From the NCBI GenBank assembly GCA_030264375.1, contig JASCQW010000122.1, forward strand, positions 22,898,517 through 22,962,371: a stretch of 63,855 nucleotides of DNA, in the 5' to 3' direction. Every line of letters begins with the position of its first letter. Positions within the stretch are counted from its first letter, which is position 1. Positions 24,707-36,328 of the stretch are shown piece by piece. The notes beneath the pieces were generated by a model. That model did not search any database. It was given only the letters and a program-made list of their open reading frames with translations, and was not told where the DNA came from. Position numbers and translations under genes: made by a program. This stretch comes from Carcharhinus longimanus (taxonomy: Eukaryota).

Positions 24707-25516
24707 TGAGAGAGTTTAAAAGAATTAGTATGAAGTTTTAGAAGCATAGAATGAGAGTAAAAGATAGAATTTGAAGATATGCTGGGCACAGCTTGCAAGA
24801 AGTTGCCTCACTCTGGCGCCTTCTTGGATCTTGCATTTTCATAAGTAACAGTGCTACTGATTTGTTAACGTTGTGTGTTTTGGAGACAGTTCCAGTTTCT
24901 CTAGTCTTCTACTTAAAAGGATCTTTCACCAGCTGAATTCTGGGTCGGCCTCCAGCATGATAACCTTGTCCAGAGGATGGTGTTGCCCCTATCGCTCCAT
25001 CCAATCGATGAGGACCTGTTGAAACCTCCTCCCAAACCACTTGATTTCCTGGCATGAAGTTATTAGAGCCACAAATTCAGCATTTAATCACAGCCTACCT
25101 GCTCCGTTAATCAGCCTGGAATCCTTGCACTACCTCACACTACTTCTCGAAAGGAAGAAATATGAGTGTTGTTATTTTAAAAGAAAGCAAGGCAACTGTT
25201 AATCAAATTCTTGTCAGCCATGGCTCAGTTGGTAGTTAAAAACAAACTGCTGGAAGAACTCAACATGTCTGGCAGCATCTGTGAAGAGAGAGAGAGAGAG
25301 AGAAAAGAAGTTAAGCTCTCGAGTCCATAGGACTCTTCATCAAGGCACAGTCAATAACTCTGGGTTCAAGTCACTCTATCGGATTTCAACACAGAAATCA
25401 GGCTGACACTACTGAGGCACTGCTACACTGTCAAAGGTCCTGTCTCTCAGATGAGATATTGAACTTAGTCTGCCCACTCAGGTGGACACAAAAGATCTTA
25501 TGATGCTACTTTAATG

Positions 25517-25882
25517 CAGTAAAAAGTCTGACAACACCAGGTTTAAGTCCAACCGATTTATTTGATAGTAAACTCACTAGCTTTCGAGGTNNNNNNNNNN
25601 NNNNNNNNNNNNNNNNNNNNNNNNNNNNNNNNNNNNNNNNNNNNNNNNNNNNNNNNNNNNNNNNNNNNNNNNNNNNNNNNNNNNNNNNNNAATCAGTAAT
25701 CTGTAAACTGTCTGTGCTTTATATGCTCTGTCTGAGGCCAGAACTCTCCACTCACCTGACGAAGGGGGTAACCTCGAAAGCTAGTGAATTTACTATCAAA
25801 TAAATCAATTGAACTTAAACCTGGTGTTGTCAGACTTTTCAATGTGTTTACCCCAGTCCAACGCCAGCATATCCACACCATG
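25517..25882 (+). mobile_element. Penelope-like element terminus (family 1) with inverted arms and a 12-bp target site duplication (TSD)
   Basis: 25520-25590 is the reverse complement of 25770-25840; GCTACTTTAATG is duplicated at 25505-25516 and 25883-25894. Confidence 0.8.
25752..25787 (+). ncRNA. Minimal type I hammerhead ribozyme motif in the Penelope-like pLTR
   Basis: TCAC-CTGACGA-A-GGGG(GTAA)CCTC-GAAA-GCTA-GTGA: conserved core boxes, stem I TCAC/GTGA, stem II, and palindromic AGCT. Confidence 0.72.
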
Positions 25883-28309
25883 GCTACTTTAATGAGCAGG
25901 CATATGTCCTCTGGTGTACTGGCCAATATTTAATCCCTCAATCTACATTACAAAATATATTTGTTATTAGTTATTGTGCACAAATTGGCTACCATGTTTC
26001 CTGTATTAGCAAGTATTTTGATAGAGGTCAAGTAAAGCACAACATGAATTTAAGTGTTTATTCTAACTTCAAAAAAAAACTTAGTGTAATCCTTGTGTCT
26101 CTGTTCCTTTTAAAGTTTTGCAATTCAGTGTTTAGTTCCTGTCATTCACTTCCCAAAAAGCTTCACTCATTTAGATCTGAACTTTGCAATGGAAATATTT
26201 TGCAGACTGCATTTAGCATTCCCCGTAGAAACGACTGGAGGTTGCTAATTGAAGGCAGCATCAAGTACTTGTAAATGGCGATGAGGCTTAGGCATGAATA
26301 ATGGATATTTATTAGTTGAGTGCGTGGACATATAATCCCATTTCCCAGTGACGGCCAACATTAGGCAGGATGGGGGCAAAATGATCGAGTGAGAACGTGG
26401 TCTTGTTAACAAGCATGCAAGATTGACTCTCCTCAGCACTGCATCATCAACTTCTAAGTTATAGAAAGCACAGTTCAAAAGCTTCAGCCAAATATCAGAG
26501 TTCTGCTGCTATACCTAACAAGCAACGAGTATTCTTTTCCTATAAAGGTAATAATGCCTCAACAGCTCTTGAACTGTTCAGTACTTCCACAAAACTACTC
26601 AAGATATAAATCAAACAAATTTCCTCCAAATTGAAGACATATTTATGAAATCCTAGAAAGTCACACTCCCACATTTTTTAAAAAGTTGACATCAATCTAT
26701 TTAAGATGTATTTACGCCCCCAGTCCCTCCCTTCGCAGCAGTCACTTTTCAACAGGAATCCAGAAACCGATGAGAATAATTCACCCATCATATCTAGTTC
26801 AAAACTGCCAGATGAGAGTATTTACCGACCCATCGATGTTCTGAACATACTCATTTTCAAAAGCTCTGGAGTATGAAGCAGGCAGATCACTAATGGAAGT
26901 TTGGCAAAATCTGATCAAACAATTTTGAGGTGACAATTCAGTGTTGGAAGAATTCACAAGTTTTTAGCACACCGCTTTCTCGACAGGCAACTGGAGCCTG
27001 CTGACAAGAAGTCACTCATCATGTTTACTAAAAAATCCAATTGGGATTTTTTTGGAGGGGGGTTGGGGGAGGTTGTTAGTGCTTACACTCAAAGCAGATA
27101 CTGTACTTTGGAAATCATCCAGGGAGCAATGTCCTTATCAACCTGTCCGTGCAACTGATTGGGTTGGTGGCATAATGTTAACTGTAAGTATTTAATACAG
27201 ATAAGCCATTAAGCTGATTGAATTGCTTTTAGAATATCATGAACAAGAAAGTACTCATTTCCAGCTGAAAATATATTAGCATAAAATACAGAATAAAGCT
27301 GTGGGATACAGACACCTTTAATTTCCTTCTACCTTCAATAGACTGCTCCACGAAGCTTGTTCAAAACTGTTGCTGAGGAGTAAAACAGTGTTAACAAAAC
27401 TGAAAACAGGAAAAAGATTCACCAAAAAACAAGTAGCACTTCCTCAACGGAAATGGGCATTTCTCAATATTTACTCATTAACTTGATAAAAAGCCCATCC
27501 ATGTTACACAAATGGTATGATTCATTTTATCAATCTATTTCCGAAAGATTCCAGTGACAAACATAAGGATGTATCTGCACGCATGTTGCTTTTATATTAT
27601 TTAACAGTAAATTTCGGACTTTTCAGTACTATTCATTATTGTAATCAATTACTGGAACCACAAGAGAAATTAGACTCAAGCTCGTGCCTACGGCTTTACA
27701 GAGTACTGGATTAGAAGCTGCTGAAATCCCGATGTATCTATTCTTTTAATTTATACAAAAAAATAAAATCTAAACTTTGGCGTATTTGTGATTTCATCAT
27801 TAAAAATGTTCCAAACTTCAAAAAAAGCAACATACACAAAAAAACAGCAGTTACATACATTATCCCCAGCAAATTCAGAATTGAGCATTCGTTGACAATC
27901 ATGCAATCTTCGTTAAATGCATCTTTTACAGTGTCTCACTGTAATGAAATATTGCTTTTCAAGGGGCACCCACCCCATAACTGAAGAAAAGCAACAGCTA
28001 CAAACCAGTTAATAGTGAGTGTGCAAAATGTCAAAAGCAAAGAAAATGAAGTGCAGCCTAACAAATGACTCATTACCTATCTCTGCAGAGGCAGGCAACA
28101 TGTTCTCTGCAATTACTCCTCATCCACAGCACACCAGCACCAATGTCCAGCTCTCGAACAATGTGCATCACACCACATATTATCTGAACTAGGCAGGGAC
28201 AACGAATGGAATTTATGTAAAAGGTTCCTGTTATGGCTCAGGTGAAAAGTTGACGGTCCATTTTCTTCAGGTAACTGTGACGCAGCGCACACGAACACCA
28301 CAAGAGTTT

Positions 28310-29834
28310 TCTGCACGTACTAAGTTGCTTTTATTAATCCAGAACTGCATGCTACAGATACTGTACAGCATGAACATTGATTCATTACAAAAATGGTTTC
28401 AAAAACGAAAAGAAAAAAAGGAGCAAAAAACAGAACAGGAACATCACAGCTGTTAGGAAACATTGAGAGTATTCACAAAAGGTCATCAGCTTCTTAGTAA
28501 AATGGAAAAAAAACAGCTATACAACTGCTTCATTTCTACTACAATGGCACCGAAAGAATGAACTTTTTCATCAGTTGTATACAGCCTTTGCAACATCAAC
28601 ATGCCTATTTTAAAATTTACTAATACCTACTGATAGTAGTGTACATAAAAAGTGGCAGTTTCAGTTTTGAGTAATTTCCCCAACGTACAGAAAATTTGGC
28701 CCTTATGGGTTTTATTAATTCTCACCCTTCAATGCTTTGCTTTATACGATTTTTTGGATGATTTTGCCAATAGCTACCAAACACATTGCGTTATAGCTTA
28801 AACTAGTCAGCAACATTAAATCTACATACATACCTATGTTACCTCACAGCTAAAAAGGACCAAAATACAGCAAAAATGGGGGAGGGCAGATGTATCGACT
28901 TTTAAAAGTTTGGCACAGCATACATACATAGAATATAGGTTAAGCAATTCCAGGGGTTGAGGCTTCAGTCCACTATGTGGCTTTAGATGGGTGATCAGAT
29001 GCTTTTTTTGTGCTATTCCCAAAAACATTCCCCCCTCCCCCAATCACTTTCAAGTTTTCTTTTGTACAATGGCTTTTTTTTTCAGCAATTTTGTGCACTT
29101 TTGTTCTTTACAATGCCACTACATTATCCATTTGGTGACAGTCATGTATCACAACAGAGGAAAAAAGGTGAAATCCTTGGTAAATGAATCTTTTCATATA
29201 TAAGATGCTTACACTAAGCAAAAAAAAACTTTATACATTGTTTGAAGAAATGAAAAATATTTAAAAGACAACATACATGATACAACAAGCATCTCTAAAG
29301 CAATAAATACTACTGGTCCTATAGCGTTGTAATTTCTTTTTGCATCCCCCCCCCCCCAAAAAACAACGCCATGGAACAATGCATATTAACACAGTTTTCC
29401 CCATTATTTCTGTACATTTAAACAATAACACGCAACATCACAAAAGTTGTTCCACACAATTAACAGGTGGCACTGCATTCATTGTGCCCTTAAGGATAAA
29501 ATGGACGTAAAATGATTGGTTCGCAAGCTCTTATTTAATACAAATAATACAGCGTAGCCAACTCCTTCCACAAGGGCTTCTTTGAATTTGATATCAGTCT
29601 CTTACTAGTAAAGAATCCACCCAGTAAGAGTCACATAACAGTGATGAACACTACAAGGTTTTGCAATGATTGACAAGAGGTTGGCAGGATCTCTCAAGGC
29701 TTATCCTACATATTCAAAGAGGACCTTGAAATAACAATGGGTCAAATATTGACCAATGCACTCCATAACCTCTACTGACAGGTAGCCATATGGCACAAAT
29801 GAAATAAAAAGAACACCAGCAACTATGCTAAAAG
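28310..29834 (-). other. TCF7L2: TCF7L2 3'UTR (about 1.5 kb)
   Basis: Repeat-free AU-rich stretch after the stop, ending at an AATAAA in a context (TTCTGGATTAATAAAAGCAACTTAGTA) that I recall from the mammalian 3' end; the exact cleavage site is inferred. Confidence 0.7.
28330..28335 (-). terminator. Polyadenylation signal AATAAA of TCF7L2
   Basis: Plus strand tttatt; the minus-strand sequence downstream is GU-rich (CTTGTGGTGTTCGTGTG). Confidence 0.7.
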
Positions 29835-30267
29835 CTATTCTAAAGACTTGGTTACAAGTGAAAGTGGCTGGGACTGTGTCTCTTGCAAAGCACCGTGGGA
29901 ATGGACAATTGACATGGATGAAGTCGAAGGTCGAGTCTGCGACGAAGACGAGGATGTGGATTGGTGTACTAATCGGTGCTCTAATGCCCCATTCTGGCAA
30001 CTAACAGCTGAAACTGCGCTGGACTTGAGTGCTGAGTTTGTCGACAAGACTGAGGAAGAGGATGGCGAGGAAAGATGGGCCAAAGGATCAGGTTTCATTG
30101 TGAGTGACAGAGGTTGCATTTGTTCAGTCTGTGGATCAGAGTCTGCTGTAGACGGGCTTAACATGGAAGGAGAAGGGGGAGGAGAATCTAATATGCTTCC
30201 ATCTGAAGAGGGTGGGCTGGCGCAGCTGCCTTCACCTTGTATGTAGCGAATGCACTTTTTTTTTCTC
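29835..30267 (-). CDS. TCF7L2: TCF7L2 terminal exon 17, E-tail frame: RKKKCIRYIQGEGSCASPPSSDGSILDSPPPSPSMLSP...QPLSLTMKP...QPLSLVTKSLE*
   Basis: Acceptor gtttctag|GAGAAAAAAAAAGTGC; two PLSL CtBP-binding motifs; stop TAG at 29835-29837; the alternative frame gives the M-tail ending at 30188. Confidence 0.97.
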
Positions 30268-31198
30268 CTAGAAACAGGGNNNGATTTATCTGTAAATAAA
30301 GGGCAAAAAGACTAATGGAGTTGGTTATTTGAACAAAGAAAGTAATCTTATTCAGGCAACAAGAGTACATCCACGACATTTGAAACATTAATAACTAATG
30401 CAAGGCCCAATTAAGCCAGCATATCTATAGGGATTTACAAATTTGTTTAAATGTAATAAGGTATAGCTTTCTGATATGTGAAACACTAACAAAATGACAA
30501 TTTATCTGTTAAGAACCACACCAAATTGAAGATGACAGGAGAAGGATACTAAAGAAAGGAATGAAAGAAAGAGAAGGAACAAGAAACCATGGAAAATGCA
30601 AAAAAAAACAAGAATAACTGGTTCTATGGCCTGCAGGCTGTGGCTGATTCTTTTAATGGTCTGCAATGGAAAACGCAAGTCAATTAAGGTTTGGTTGATT
30701 GAAAAAAGGTTCACATTTCATTAATAGGGTTCCTTGTATGCGTCATTTTCACACCAGCTATCTGTGAGAGGAAAGAAGGCTTTTATTGTACTTCACAATT
30801 CCTGGAGCAGTTTGGCCAAGGATTCATTGTTAGAGTACATTTGGTTTATTTTACAAACAAGCAATAGTTCAACCACCTAATAAAATTTGCAAACAACAAC
30901 ATGTAGTAATTATTAGTAGGGCTCTTTCAATTTTCACTAAAAAGATAGAAGAAAATGTATTAGTATTCACACTACAAATAATCTTATTTTGTCCTGCATT
31001 TTGTCAAAGGAAAGGGGTATGCAGTTCACAGCTGAAGTTTGCTAACATTACAAATGCCACCCCAATTGTTTGCAGCCCAGTGTTAGAAGTTCACTCCCAT
31101 TAGAAATCTGTCAAATATATTCAGGGCCAGGATGATAAGACATATTTGAGACAGTTTTTATACAGAGTTCAAGCCACAGAAGCCTGCTCGGTCAAATA

Positions 31199-31301
31199 CA
31201 TGCTGAACTGTAATGTATGCATGCAGTTAAACACATGGTTCCTCAAGACAAAAGAGCCATGTAACGGACAAGAACATGCAAGTGAAGCAGCAGGGCATGC
31301 A
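31199..31301 (-). promoter_or_regulatory. Cluster of RBFOX-type (U)GCAUG splicing elements in TCF7L2 intron 16
   Basis: Plus-strand CATGCA at 31220, 31275 and 31296, and CATGC at 31199. Confidence 0.55.
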
Positions 31302-34088
31302 TCATATTAGAACAAAGCTGGAAGTGAAAGGACCAACTTGGTGGGCTCAAAACAGAAAAACGCAACACCAACAACCAGGTAATTGCCAAATGAATAGAAC
31401 TCTGATTCCAAAATAATTGTAAGTCATTGGCTAATAAAGTGCAAACAATCTTGATTTAACTCAACCCTGAACTACTGAGGGAAAATGGTCCCTAGGTCTG
31501 GAAATTGTATTTAAACAACGCATAAATTATTTCTTGACAATGCAGCGGTTTATTTAAATACGGATCCCAGAAAGCATTGTAAGAACGTAAACAATCTACA
31601 GGTACACATTAAGGTATCAGATCAGATGCAGAACAAAAATCAAATGCACGAGACTGGGATTCATCTGCATCAGTGCATTGCAGATGAATACACAATTTCA
31701 AAACTTAAACAAGTCACCTAACATTGACAGCAAAGTCCAAATGAGAGCTAAATAATTTCTCAATAACTGGTTGGGGGAGGCAGGAAATGGAATTTATAAA
31801 ATTTCCAGCAATTGTTAGTCACCCAAAATTAAGGATAACAGATAAAGCATGCTGAACCTTTTACAGCTGCTACTTCTGATATCAATACCTTCAACTTTAT
31901 ATATTTTCCTTCCATCATTGCTTGTGTCCTGGAAAGTTCTAGAAGTCATTTTTATTATTTTCTCCCATTTAGAGATTCCTGGGATATCAGCTCTTCCCCG
32001 ACTTGGCGTTTGCGGACACATTAAAGTAGGATTATAGGCTTACTCTCCTTTTTTTGTTGCTAAGTGACTTGCCTCCCAATAAGAACATGTTGGTGTGGAA
32101 AATCGTGAGCCATAGAGGGAATATATTAGGAACTTCATGTGGTTTTCATAAAGTTATTTCACTGCAGATTAAAGCTTTTTAATCTCAATCTCCATCGCCA
32201 AAATTTGTCCTGCCCTCAGTTGAATTCTCCCACAGGGTGGTCAGGCAATCGGTCACAGGGCTCGTGCTTTGGTCCGTGCCTCAGGATGTCAATGTGTACA
32301 TCTCTCATAATGGAGCATTTATTGATTCAACCCAACCATAGGCTCTGCCCACAAGGAATTGCTCATGCAAGTGTATGTCCCATGATTCAGTGGCACGTAG
32401 ATTGGTAACCAATCTTTCTATACTGTCCTTCAACTTTCAATTCTTTGTCAACTTTGAGTAAAATGCAATGCTAATTACATTCAATTTAATGACTTTCCAA
32501 TACTTGACTACAAGTTTCCCAAAAATATCAAAATGAACTGAAAAATTCCACCCCTTCTTCAGGAAAGGTTGAATTTTTTTAAAAAAAGGGCATTAACCAT
32601 TTTGCCGAAAAAAATGATTGCTCCTTCCAAACTGAGGAAAAGCTCAAATGAAATTTTGCTTAAGGGAGCCACATAGTTCAACAAGGTCCCAGGTTTGATT
32701 CCAAGTACGTAATGACTTAGGTTCACCTCAGCCAGAGGTTTCTTTTTTTGGGGGCGGGGGCATCAGCAACATGCCTTAGTAAGCTTAAGTCAAGAAAGAA
32801 CCACAAAAGAAATCAAGGCTTCTGCTCCTGAACACTTACTGACCGCTGCTGAAGGAGTTGAAGACAATGGAAGATTGAACTGAACTCATTTGTGATGCCC
32901 ACCACCACTCATTATATAGATTCAAGTTTGAAGGCGGCCATTTGGGTATAGCACTACAGGAGACCTTACAATCTTTGAGCCAAACCCAATGAGGAGTCAA
33001 TGCTTTCACGAAAGGTAAGAAATCGGATTCAAATAATTATTTTAAAAATTGAATTTCGAATATTAAATTGCAATATTCATCCCCCCATTATTTTGCTATT
33101 GTAGAATTGCAAAGAAAATATTACATTAAACAAGTGTCCAGTAACCCAAAATTTTTATTAGAAATCATTATTGAAGAATTGTTTATCTGCCACATGTTTT
33201 GCAGTCTGGTCTGCATCAATTGTGAAGGAAACAATTTCTAAACCTACTTTTGCAAAATTTGCCCCATCCTGAGCACTAACCCTCAAGTACAAAGTTGATA
33301 TCTGAAATAAGAAAGGAGCACCTTTGGCAACTTTAAAGAGGATATTTGTGCAATTAGATCAGCCGAAGAATCCCATTTAGGACTGTTTACTTGGAATCTT
33401 TACTTGTTCCTCTTTATATCATAATTTTAAATATTAGTCCATTGAAAATACTTAAAATGACGATTTAAACTCTACAGCCACTCAAATGATTAACCAATCC
33501 ATAAAGCAAAAAGAACTGCTTGATGGCCAAACGCTCAGAGAAAGTGGTTAAAAAGTGTGGCAGTCTCAAATTTACTACTGCTTTTACACAAATCAGTTAT
33601 CAGCTGACAATTCTCTGGCACCTATTCAGTAATGCACTGTTTGTCCATCACTTGGCAATTGTCTGTGCTGCATCTTACACAATATTTACATTTAATTTGA
33701 GCACCATTTATTAGAAATGACACAGTTAAATAAGCAGATGAAAAATGTATCTTCCAGTCATAGAATTTGGTTGGAAGCACAATTATATTTTACATCTTAA
33801 TTATGCTTTAAGATCATGATTATAGAATGAAAGTAAGTTACTCTTAACATACATGCCAACATAAAGACAGTGCAAAAAAGAAACACACACAAGTGCACAG
33901 TCTCCATAAGCCTCACTACATGAGCTGAAATTTCAGTATTTCCAATAATTCAAAGCTAAGTGTGGTTAAAGAGACTGTAGCATGGTCTGAATTAAGGGAA
34001 ATGAAGTATGAAAGAGAAAGAGAGTGATCGAGCACCACTTTACGTGAAAAATTAAAAGATTTCAACTTGGAAGAAGCAAAATACCTAC

Positions 34089-34113
34089 CATGACAACATT
34101 CCCACTTCAAAGA
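34089..34113 (-). CDS. TCF7L2: TCF7L2 alternative microexon 16 (25 nt) TCTTTGAAGTGGGAATGTTGTCATG
   Basis: catgcag|...|gtaggt; same length, position and 5' sequence (TCTTTGAA) as the human 25-nt exon; gives ...C-S-L-stop after exon 14 or 15. Confidence 0.85.
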
Positions 34114-35125
34114 CTGCATGTGTCAGGACAAAGAAATAAGATTTAACCAAATGCAGTCAACAGGAACGATGTATATAAACAGGACAAAACATTTATTCCC
34201 TCTACCCAGCCAAGTCCTAAGAATTAGAGAATTGGCAACCAGAGTAGTTCAAAAATTTCTAGAGTACCCAGATTAGCTGTGGTGGATAAGCCTTTGACCG
34301 TTTGATGTCTGAGTTTGTTTAGTTAAACCGAATTGTAAGAAAACTAAAAGAAAAATTTAATTGTGTTACTTAAAAAGATATTCCAACAGATTTTGCACTC
34401 GCCTGAAAATGAAAGTTTCCTCTGAACGAGCTTGTAGCTGGTATGACGCCCAATTACTAAAAATAAATTGGCGATTAATACAAAAAATGTAAAGACATAG
34501 TTACTGGAGTGCACAAATACCTTTCTGCTTCTTGGAAACTTAGCTGTTGTACAATTATGTGATAACTACTCAGGAGAGGCGACTATTTTATCAACAACAG
34601 TCTCTGTAAAAATGTTGAAATTTCACATTTACTGACTAAAATGAACTCATGCACAGAAGGATATCAGTACATGTTGTGCACTTAGAACTGCAATGTCTAC
34701 ACATTCACCGGAAACCAGGTGAGTTTTCTAAAAGAAATATATATATATATATGTACATACATATACAGATCTTTATGAACCATGGAAGGTTAGTAGTTAG
34801 AGCCAGTTTTCAAGATTAAAACTTCTCTCTCCTCTGTCCTAGGTTTCACTGCACCAATCTCCGACACAAGGTCACAGGCCCATCGCAACCACGGTTTGGG
34901 GAGGGCCAGGAAAGTAGGGTGGGGATAAAGGAGGTGGACAGTGCTTGCAAGGAGATAGACCAATGCTGCTAATAAAAGGCAACAGGTAAAAAAGAAAAGA
35001 AAAATAAAAAAATCTGCAATAAGCTATAGAATATTAGCACATTAGAGCACAGGAAAGTCACACGAATGCACTACAAATCCAATAAAAGGGCATATTTAAT
35101 TCCGGAAGGCCTAATGGGAGTATAC

Positions 35126-35198
35126 CTGCAAGGTTTGCACCATAAACTCTGTTGGTCTAGCCCGAACAATGCCCGACACTTCTTTGGAGTATTTGCAT
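35126..35198 (-). CDS. TCF7L2: TCF7L2 alternative exon 15 (73 nt), C-clamp CRALF: [24 protein letters not shown](R)
   Basis: Acceptor gctaacag|ATGCA, donor TGCAG|gtatac; manual translation. Confidence 0.96.
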
Positions 35199-35467
35199 CT
35201 GTTAGCATGAAGTAAACAAAAACAACAAATGGAGGATACTGCTCACTGGATGTGACATCTCAGCCAGAGCTAGTGGTTTAGCTGGCCAAGTTGGCATTCT
35301 CCCCTCATCGCTTTTTAAAACAAAATTAGCACTTCCTAGCAACAATAAATGCAAGGGTAAGTAGCAGCATCCAATTAAAACACTGAAACAGTGATAGCAA
35401 GAAGGGGAAAGTACCAATTTAACCCAGCTGAAACCAACCATAGCAAACCTGGGAAAACGATACACAC

Positions 35468-35540
35468 CTGCACGGGCCGCACCAGTTATTCTGTTGATCA
35501 AGGCCAAAGCGCGCTCGGCATTTCTTAGGAGCGCTCAGAT
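35468..35540 (-). CDS. TCF7L2: TCF7L2 alternative exon 14 (73 nt), C-clamp CRARF: [24 protein letters not shown](R)
   Basis: Acceptor ttgttcag|ATCTG, donor TGCAG|gtgtgt; manual translation. Confidence 0.97.
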
Positions 35541-36328
35541 CTGAACAAATTGGATGAAAGCGAGCAGAGGAGACAGAAAAGGAAGAAAGAGAGACAAGAA
35601 AACAAAAAGGAATGAATCAATTTATCTGTTACCAGTGATCAGCAATGCCCTCTAATTTCATAAAAATGTATAAAAATCACAGCTGTATTTTTCACCCATT
35701 TAAAAAGCACCAATATTGTGTGGCAACACAGATTTGAATTATTTTATAGTAGATTTTAAATGAGAATTCACAAAAAGGAGTCAGTGGACTGAATAAAGAA
35801 CCTGCAGGTTAGTGCCAGCAGAGGATGTTAGGCTTGAATCAAGCTAAAAAGGTTAAAGTGCTTAGCAGAAGGAGCTAGATAGCAGGGTCAATTTTACATG
35901 CATGCCTTCCAACAGCAAATGTGAAGTAGGATAATGGGATTAGTCTAGCAGGTAAGGCTAATTACGTAGAGGATGCATCAGAAAACAGGTACAGCCCAAA
36001 TTAATATGTCAATACAAGACAATAAGTACATAAAACAGTAAGCTTCAAAATATTTCATGTTACAATAGCTAAGGCAATGATTTGTTTTTTTTAAAAAAAG
36101 GAGTTCTACAAAAACGAGTATTAAAATGTCTACAATTCATGCACTGATTACTTTATCATACTCGGAAAGGCAAACCAGCCACAAAATTAAGACTGCCATA
36201 AATACTATTATAATTAACAATGTTATAAAACATGGTTAGCAGCAGCTAGGGTTTTATCTGATTAAATGCCGTCATTTGGATATGTGAAGGGTGCCCTTTA
36301 TAATGGAAGATAATTGCTGTCTACTTAC

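Larger units (their letters stand above)
25215..26060 (+). mobile_element. Deu-domain (SacSINE1-like) tRNA SINE interrupted by two Penelope-like inserts
   Basis: Head AGCCATGGCTCAGTTGGTAG, B box GGGTTCAAGTC, Deu-like core CTCAGGTGGACACAAAAGATC. Confidence 0.6.

Noticed and set aside
29848-30246. 132-aa acidic ORF on the plus strand
   Set aside because: It is the antisense shadow of the Ser/Pro-rich TCF7L2 exon 17 and has no independent support
34521-34543. Possible extra 23-nt microexon (cag|CTAAG...GAAAG|gtattt)
   Set aside because: Poor polypyrimidine tract and no known counterpart; such matches arise by chance
35802-35843. AG/GT-bounded 42-nt segment as a candidate exon 13
   Set aside because: No similarity to exon 13, a weak donor (GTTCTT) and an immediate stop in the incoming frame
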